The position numbers were made by a program, and so were the translations under genes. Shown here piece after piece: positions 58,515-64,000 of a stretch of DNA of 64,000 nt. Position 1 is the first letter of the stretch, and each line of letters opens with the position of its first letter. Below the pieces are notes generated by a model, which was given only the letters and a program-made list of their open reading frames with translations, did not search any database and was not told where the DNA came from. This DNA comes from an uncultured Verrucomicrobiae bacterium (lineage in GTDB: Bacteria > Verrucomicrobiota > Verrucomicrobiia > Chthoniobacterales > JAATET01). The DNA lies in assembly GCA_963719495.1 (NCBI GenBank), contig CAVRCI010000001.1, positions 288,001 through 352,000 on the forward strand. Reading direction: 5' to 3'.

Positions 58515-59924
58515 ATGGACCCGCTCACCCTCAACCAAATCGCCACCTGGACCAAGGCCACCCTTGTGTCCGGCGATGAGTCGAGCGCCCTCACCGTCAC
58601 GCGCATTTCCAAAGACACGCGCACTCTCCAGCCCGGCGACCTCTACCTCGCCCTCCACGGCGACAACCACGACGGCAACAAGTTTGTCGCCGCCGCCATC
58701 AAACGCGGAGCCGCCGCCGCCCTCGTCGACGCCGACGTCGACACCCCGCCCAACTTCCCCGTCATTCGCGTCGCCAACACCCTCGCCGCCCTCCAAGCCC
58801 TTGCCACCGCCTACCGCGACGAACTCAACCTCCACGTCATTGGAATCACCGGATCCAGCGGCAAGACGAGCACCAAAGAGTTCACCGCCGCCGTCCTCTC
58901 CGCGCGCTACCCCGTCACGAAAACGATCGGCAATCTCAACAACCACTTTGGCCTCCCCCTCACCATCCTTGAAGCCACCGCCACCCACCAAGCCGCCGTC
59001 TGGGAAATGGGCATGAACCATCCCGGCGAGATTGCCGCCCTCGCCGCGATCGCGAAACCAAACACCGCGATCATCACGAACGTCGGCACCGCCCACATCG
59101 AATTCTTCCCCGAAACCGGTCGCAAAGGCATCGCCGTCGAAAAATCCGCCCTCGCCGAAGCGATCAGCCCCGACGGCGTCGTCATCATCCCAAACGAAGA
59201 CGACCACGCCGACTTCATCGCCACCCGCACGCGCGCCCGCGTCGTCCGAGCCGGCCTCACCGGCGGCCAAGTCACCGGCAAGATCAAGAAAACCACCCCC
59301 GACGGCACCACCTTCCAGATCGAGGCCTACGGTGAGACCACCACGGCCCACCTCCCCGTCCCCGGCGAGCACATGGTCCGCAACGCCCTCCTCGCCATCG
59401 CCGCCGGCCTCGAGCACGGCCTCTCCCTCGAGGACTGCGTCGAAGGCCTCGCCACCGCCCGCCTCACCGGTGGCCGCTTCAAGCAAAGCCTCGTCCGCGG
59501 CATCCGCCTCATCGACGACAGTTACAACGCCAACCCCGACTCCGTCGAAGCCGCCCTCAAAACGCTGGCCACCTTCCCCACCACCGGCCGCCGCATCGCC
59601 GTCCTCGGCAAAATGGGCGAGTTGGGAACCTACGAAGCCGAAGGCTACGAAAGAGCCGGCCAAGCCGCCGCCACCCACGCCGACATCCTCATCACCACCG
59701 GCCCGGAAACCGCCCCCCTGGCCGAAGCCGCCCGCCACGCTGGACTAAGCCAAGTCGAAGAAACCACCGACACCACCGAGACCGCCACCCTCCTCCGCGA
59801 CCTGGCCCACGAAGGCGACACCATCCTCATCAAAGGCAGCCGAGCCGCAAAGATGGAACAGATCATCGAGAGCTTCGCGTCCTCGAATCCCACCATTCAC
59901 CATTCACCATTCACCATTCACTAG
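58515..59924 (+). CDS. murF: UDP-MurNAc-tripeptide--D-Ala-D-Ala ligase
   Basis: TGSSGKTSTKE, EMGMNHPGEI, DDSYNANP, KGSR. Confidence 0.95.
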   Translation: MDPLTLNQIATWTKATLVSGDESSALTVTRISKDTRTLQPGDLYLALHGDNHDGNKFVAAAIKRGAAAALVDADVDTPPNFPVIRVANTLAALQALATAYRDELNLHVIGITGSSGKTSTKEFTAAVLSARYPVTKTIGNLNNHFGLPLTILEATATHQAAVWEMGMNHPGEIAALAAIAKPNTAIITNVGTAHIEFFPETGRKGIAVEKSALAEAISPDGVVIIPNEDDHADFIATRTRARVVRAGLTGGQVTGKIKKTTPDGTTFQIEAYGETTTAHLPVPGEHMVRNALLAIAAGLEHGLSLEDCVEGLATARLTGGRFKQSLVRGIRLIDDSYNANPDSVEAALKTLATFPTTGRRIAVLGKMGELGTYEAEGYERAGQAAATHADILITTGPETAPLAEAARHAGLSQVEETTDTTETATLLRDLAHEGDTILIKGSRAAKMEQIIESFASSNPTIHHSPFTIH

Positions 59925-61069
59925 TGTTCTACTACCTCTACAGTCTAAGCGAGCACCTCAAAGCCAGCGGCTTCGAGAACGACTTCGTCAGCGCGCTCAA
60001 CGTCTTTCGCTACGTTACCTTCCGGGGCATCTGCGCCGGCGTCACCGCGTTCCTCCTCTCGCTGATGTTCGGCAACTTCGTCATCCGCAAGCTCATCTCG
60101 CTCAAGTTCGGCCAACCCGTCCGCACCAAGGAGGAGGTCAACAAACTCTTCGAACTCCACGGCTCCAAAGCCGGCACGCCCACCATGGGCGGCATCCTCC
60201 TCCTCGGCAGCGTTCTCGTTTCCACCCTCCTCTGGGCCAAGTATTCGAACCCCTTCGTCTGGCTCGTCCTCGTCGTCATGCTCGCCCACGGCATGATCGG
60301 CTTCTACGACGACTGGCAAAAAGTCGCCAAGAAGAACAGCAAAGGCATCAGTTCCCGCGCCAAGTTCGGCCTTCAGTGCCTCCTCGCCGCCGGCGTCACC
60401 GTCTTCTTCATGTTCTATCCCTTCAACGGCGAACCCACCCTCTGGCCCCTCGCCCGCGAGCTCTACGTACCGTTCTTCAAAGCCCCGATCATCCCGAATC
60501 TCGGCATCTTCGCCTTCGTCCTCTACCTCTTCGTCATCGTCGGCACCTCCAACGCCGTCAACCTCACCGACGGACTCGACGGACTCGCCGCCGGCTGCAC
60601 CGTCTCCGTCGCCGCCACCTACGCCGCTCTCGCCTACGTGGCGGGCAACTCCATCGCCGCTGGCTACCTCGACATCCCGTTCGTCGTCCCCGCCGGCGAA
60701 GTCGCCATCCTCTGCATGGCCTTGGCCGGAGCGGGCTTGGGCTTCCTCTGGTGGAATTGCCACCCCGCCCGCGTCTTCATGGGCGACACCGGCTCCTTGG
60801 CCATCGGCGGGATGCTCGGAGCCGTCGCCATCTGCGTGAAGCAGGAATTCCTCCTGGCGATCGTCGGAGGCGTCTTCGTCATCGAAGCCCTCTCCGTCAT
60901 CGGTCAGGTCGCCAGCTTCAAACTAACCAAAAAACGAATCTTCCGTATGGCCCCCATCCACCACCACTTCGAGCTAAGCGGTTGGAAGGAAAGCACCGTC
61001 ATCGTCCGCTTCTGGATCATGTCCCTCATCTTCGCCCTACTAGGCCTGGCAACCTTAAAACTCAGATGA
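59924..61069 (+). CDS. mraY: Phospho-MurNAc-pentapeptide transferase
   Basis: GTPTMGG, NAVNLTDGLDGL, FMGDTGS, MAPIHHHFE. Confidence 0.97.
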   Translation: MFYYLYSLSEHLKASGFENDFVSALNVFRYVTFRGICAGVTAFLLSLMFGNFVIRKLISLKFGQPVRTKEEVNKLFELHGSKAGTPTMGGILLLGSVLVSTLLWAKYSNPFVWLVLVVMLAHGMIGFYDDWQKVAKKNSKGISSRAKFGLQCLLAAGVTVFFMFYPFNGEPTLWPLARELYVPFFKAPIIPNLGIFAFVLYLFVIVGTSNAVNLTDGLDGLAAGCTVSVAATYAALAYVAGNSIAAGYLDIPFVVPAGEVAILCMALAGAGLGFLWWNCHPARVFMGDTGSLAIGGMLGAVAICVKQEFLLAIVGGVFVIEALSVIGQVASFKLTKKRIFRMAPIHHHFELSGWKESTVIVRFWIMSLIFALLGLATLKLR

Positions 61070-61192
61070 ACAAATTGGGGAGCGCGGGCTTCCAGCCCGC
61101 CCTGCCGAGCTTCCAGCTCGGCAGTCGTCCCAAAAGCGCGAAGCGCCAAACTAATAACCAATAACTAATAACCAATAACCAATACCTCCTCA

Positions 61193-62515
61193 GTGATCCA
61201 CAGCGGAAAAAACACCCTGGTCCTCGGCCTCGGCCACAGCGGCCGCGCCGCCGCCATCCTCCTCCAGGAGGAAGGCGCCCGCGTCACCGTGTCCGACTCC
61301 AACGACACCCCCGCCCTCCGCGAATCCGCCGCCGAACTCCTCACCCACGGCATCACCACCCTCCTCGGCCCCACCGCCGAGACCGACCCCACCCGCTACG
61401 ACCTCTGCGTCCTCAGCCCCGGCATCGACCCCGCCAACGCCATCGTCCAAAACGTCGCCGCCAAAAACATCCCGATCATCGGCGAACTCGAGCTCGCCTT
61501 CGAAGAATGTCACTGCCCCGTCGTCGCCATCACCGGCACCAACGGCAAGACCACCACGACCCTCCTCACGACCCACCTCCTCAACGCCGCCGGAGTCCGC
61601 ACCACCGCCAGCGGCAACATCGGCACCCCCTTCGCCCAGGCCATCCGCGAGTCCCGCGCGCTCGACGTCATGACCCTCGAAGCCTCCTCCTTCCAGCTCG
61701 AGACGCTCCGCCACTTCAAAGCCCACGTCGCGGTCTGGCTCAACTTCAGCCCCGACCACCTCGACCGCTACGCCGACCTCGCCGAATACCGCGCCGCCAA
61801 ACTCCACGTCTTCGAGCGCCAGACCGCCACCGACTTCGCCGTCGTCAACGCCCGCGAAGCCGCCGACCTCCCCACGGCCCCCGCCACCACCGTCACCTTC
61901 AGCGCCCACGTCGCCGACGCCGACTTCACCCTCACCGGCACCACGCTCCACTTCCGCGGCCAACCCATCCTCGATCAAAACAACACCCCCCTCCGCGGAG
62001 CCCACAACGCCGAAAACCTCATGGCCGCTCTCGCGATCGGCCACTGCCTGGGCGTCGACCTCGACCGCCTCGCCGCCGCCGCCGCCAGCTTCCCGGCCCC
62101 CGCCCACCGCTGCGAATTCGTCCGCGAACTCGACGGCATCCGCTACGTCAACGACTCCAAAGCCACCACCCTCGAGTCCACCGCCGCCGCCCTCACCGCC
62201 TCCGACACCCCGATTGTCCTCATCGCCGGCGGCAAGGATAAAGGTTTCGAGTTTCACCCGCTTGCCGAACCAGTGAAGGCAAAAATCCGCGCCGCCGTTC
62301 TCATCGGAGAAATGAAGGACCGCATCGCCGCCGACTGGCCCGACACCGACACCCACCTCGCCACGACACTCGAAGAAGCCGTCACCACCGCCCGCCGCCT
62401 CGCGCAACCCGGCGACACCGTCATCCTCTCCCCCGGCACCAGCAGCTTCGACATGTTCACCAACTACGGAGCCCGCGGCAACGCCTTCAAAGCCGCCGTC
62501 CAGGCTCTCGAATAA
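61193..62515 (+). CDS. murD: UDP-MurNAc-Ala--D-Glu ligase
   Basis: GLGHSG, SPGI, TGTNGKTT, SSFQLE, DHLDRY, NDSKAT, SFDMF. Confidence 0.96.
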   Translation: MIHSGKNTLVLGLGHSGRAAAILLQEEGARVTVSDSNDTPALRESAAELLTHGITTLLGPTAETDPTRYDLCVLSPGIDPANAIVQNVAAKNIPIIGELELAFEECHCPVVAITGTNGKTTTTLLTTHLLNAAGVRTTASGNIGTPFAQAIRESRALDVMTLEASSFQLETLRHFKAHVAVWLNFSPDHLDRYADLAEYRAAKLHVFERQTATDFAVVNAREAADLPTAPATTVTFSAHVADADFTLTGTTLHFRGQPILDQNNTPLRGAHNAENLMAALAIGHCLGVDLDRLAAAAASFPAPAHRCEFVRELDGIRYVNDSKATTLESTAAALTASDTPIVLIAGGKDKGFEFHPLAEPVKAKIRAAVLIGEMKDRIAADWPDTDTHLATTLEEAVTTARRLAQPGDTVILSPGTSSFDMFTNYGARGNAFKAAVQALE

Positions 62516-62562
62516 TTTCTCATTTCCAAAAAACAAAACCAAGAACCACCAGCCAGCCGACC

Positions 62563-63435
62563 ATGAAAATCAAACTGCCCAACCGCCAAAAAGCAGCCGC
62601 CCCCCGCCCCGCGCGCCGCCCCGGAGCCACCACTCGCAAAGGCCCCGTCAAACTCAACGCCGCCGTCGCCCGCCGCGCCCCGCGCATGGTCGAGGAAGAC
62701 GAGGATGACTACTACGACGAGCAGGAGCCCAACATGAAGCTCTCCCACGCTTTCGTCGTGGTCCTCGTCCTCCACGTCATCGCCGTCGCCGGAGTCTTCG
62801 CGTTCAACACCATCAAAACCCGCCAAAGCCCCGTCTTCAGCGAAGAGACTGCTGACAAAACGGAGAACTTCGCCACGGCCCCCGTTGCCAAGACCGACCC
62901 CGCCGAGGAACCCGCCGCCGCCGCCCGCACCTTCGAACCCCGCGGCCTCACCGAGAACCCCAACGAAGCCCAATCGGCTTCCGAGAAGGCAACCGCCGAG
63001 TTCGCTGGCAAAACCCACGAAATGCGCCCCGGCGACACCCTCACCCGCATCTCCAGTCTCTACGGCGTGAGCATCGCCGCCATCCAGGCCGAGAACAACA
63101 TCACCGACCCCACCAAAATCCGAGTCGGCGAGATCCTCCGCATCCCCGCCCCCGGGGCACCAGCAACGGCCGCGCCAGTCGTCCAACAATCCGCACCGGC
63201 GGCAGCTAAACCGGTCGCCGTCGAGAAAACCGCACCCGCCCCGGTCGCCGCAGCAGCAACGGAAGCCCCAGCCACCGGATCAACCACGGTCTACGAAGTC
63301 GCCTCCGGCGACAACCCCTGGAGCATCGCGAAGAAGCTCAACGTCAGCTACCAGAAGCTCATCGAGCTCAACGAAATCAGCGACCCGACGAAGATCCAGA
63401 TCGGCCAGAAACTGAAGGTCCCAGCGTCGAACTAA
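62563..63435 (+). CDS. Membrane-anchored protein with two LysM domains
   Basis: TM segment, then HEMRPGDTLTRIS and YEVASGDNPWSIAK LysM repeats. Confidence 0.9.
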   Translation: MKIKLPNRQKAAAPRPARRPGATTRKGPVKLNAAVARRAPRMVEEDEDDYYDEQEPNMKLSHAFVVVLVLHVIAVAGVFAFNTIKTRQSPVFSEETADKTENFATAPVAKTDPAEEPAAAARTFEPRGLTENPNEAQSASEKATAEFAGKTHEMRPGDTLTRISSLYGVSIAAIQAENNITDPTKIRVGEILRIPAPGAPATAAPVVQQSAPAAAKPVAVEKTAPAPVAAAATEAPATGSTTVYEVASGDNPWSIAKKLNVSYQKLIELNEISDPTKIQIGQKLKVPASN

Positions 63436-63929
63436 TGCAGACAAGAGGGCAAGATAACGTAAGGGGGAGAGGGGGAGATTCGTCCAAGCGACGCATCAAT
63501 TCTTTTCGGGACCTCAACGTGTGGAACAAATCGATGGACACCGCCATGGACGTCTTCGCCCTGACCCGACACTTCCCGCCCACCGAACGATACAGTTTAA
63601 CTGACCAAATTCGCCGCAGCTCCCGTTCAGTCCCAGCCAACATTAGCGAAGGCTGGCGCAAACGCCGTTACCCGCTCTCCTTCATCAGCAAACTGAACGA
63701 TGCCGAGGGCGAAGCCGCCGAAACTCAGACGCACATCGAGATTGCCTTCCGCTGCGACTACATCGACCAGTCAACTTTCTCGAAGATCGACCAAGCCTAC
63801 GAAGAAATTCTCGCCATGCTCACCAAGATGGTGACCAACGCAGATGATTGGACAATTCCGCAGGCCACCGCCCACAAATCAGTCTCCCCCTCTCGCCCTC
63901 GCGCCCTCTCGCCCTCTTCACAAAAATGA
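63435..63929 (+). CDS. Four helix bundle protein (23S rRNA IVP / Avd-like family)
   Basis: FRDLNVWNKS, FPPTERYSLTDQIRRSSRSVPANISEGW, GEAAETQT. Confidence 0.9.
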   Translation: MQTRGQDNVRGRGGDSSKRRINSFRDLNVWNKSMDTAMDVFALTRHFPPTERYSLTDQIRRSSRSVPANISEGWRKRRYPLSFISKLNDAEGEAAETQTHIEIAFRCDYIDQSTFSKIDQAYEEILAMLTKMVTNADDWTIPQATAHKSVSPSRPRALSPSSQK

Positions 63930-64000
63930 AACCCGCCGCATTCATCCAACGCCACAGCATCACGATCCTGTCCTTCGGGATCGCGATCCTCGTCATGCTC
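63926..64000 (+). CDS. ftsW: Probable FtsW N-terminus (truncated by window end)
   Basis: ATGA overlap with the upstream stop; MKPAAFIQRHSITILSFGIAILVML hydrophobic start; expected dcw position. Confidence 0.55.
   Translation, partial: MKPAAFIQRHSITILSFGIAILVML

Noticed and set aside
63435..63929. Diversity-generating retroelement (Avd-like gene)
   Set aside because: No reverse transcriptase and no template/variable repeat pair in the window

Overview
High-GC bacterial chromosomal segment. Gene content points to Verrucomicrobiota (Chthoniobacterales/Terrimicrobium-like): a PEP-CTERM protein, a prepilin H-X9-DG-type protein, a short NuoG and a dcw cluster containing a LysM gene; this assignment is inference. 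Mostly housekeeping genes: nuoI-N with a detached nuoG, hpnH-shc hopanoid genes, a sulfite/nitrite reductase, glgP, maf/ruvX/truA, a phosphate porin with pstSCAB-phoU, yicC-gmk-coaC, hisI, fumC and the dcw cluster (mraZ to the start of ftsW). Accessory content: one ISAs1-family IS, a VapBC module and several secreted or membrane hypotheticals. No rRNA, tRNA or CRISPR array was seen. Most unusual signals: (i) a candidate protein O-mannosylation locus, where a GT-C-like membrane protein fused to a polyprenol-phosphate-mannose synthase sits next to a TMEM260/DUF2723-TPR protein; (ii) a four-helix-bundle (IVS/Avd-like) gene in the dcw operon bracketed by inverted short-repeat arms, plus an 'empty' inverted heptamer pair and about a dozen solo 7-mer arrays at gene junctions, several read in frame; (iii) a 3 x 123-bp structured tandem repeat; (iv) a candidate sRNA; (v) a truA gene with no canonical start codon.
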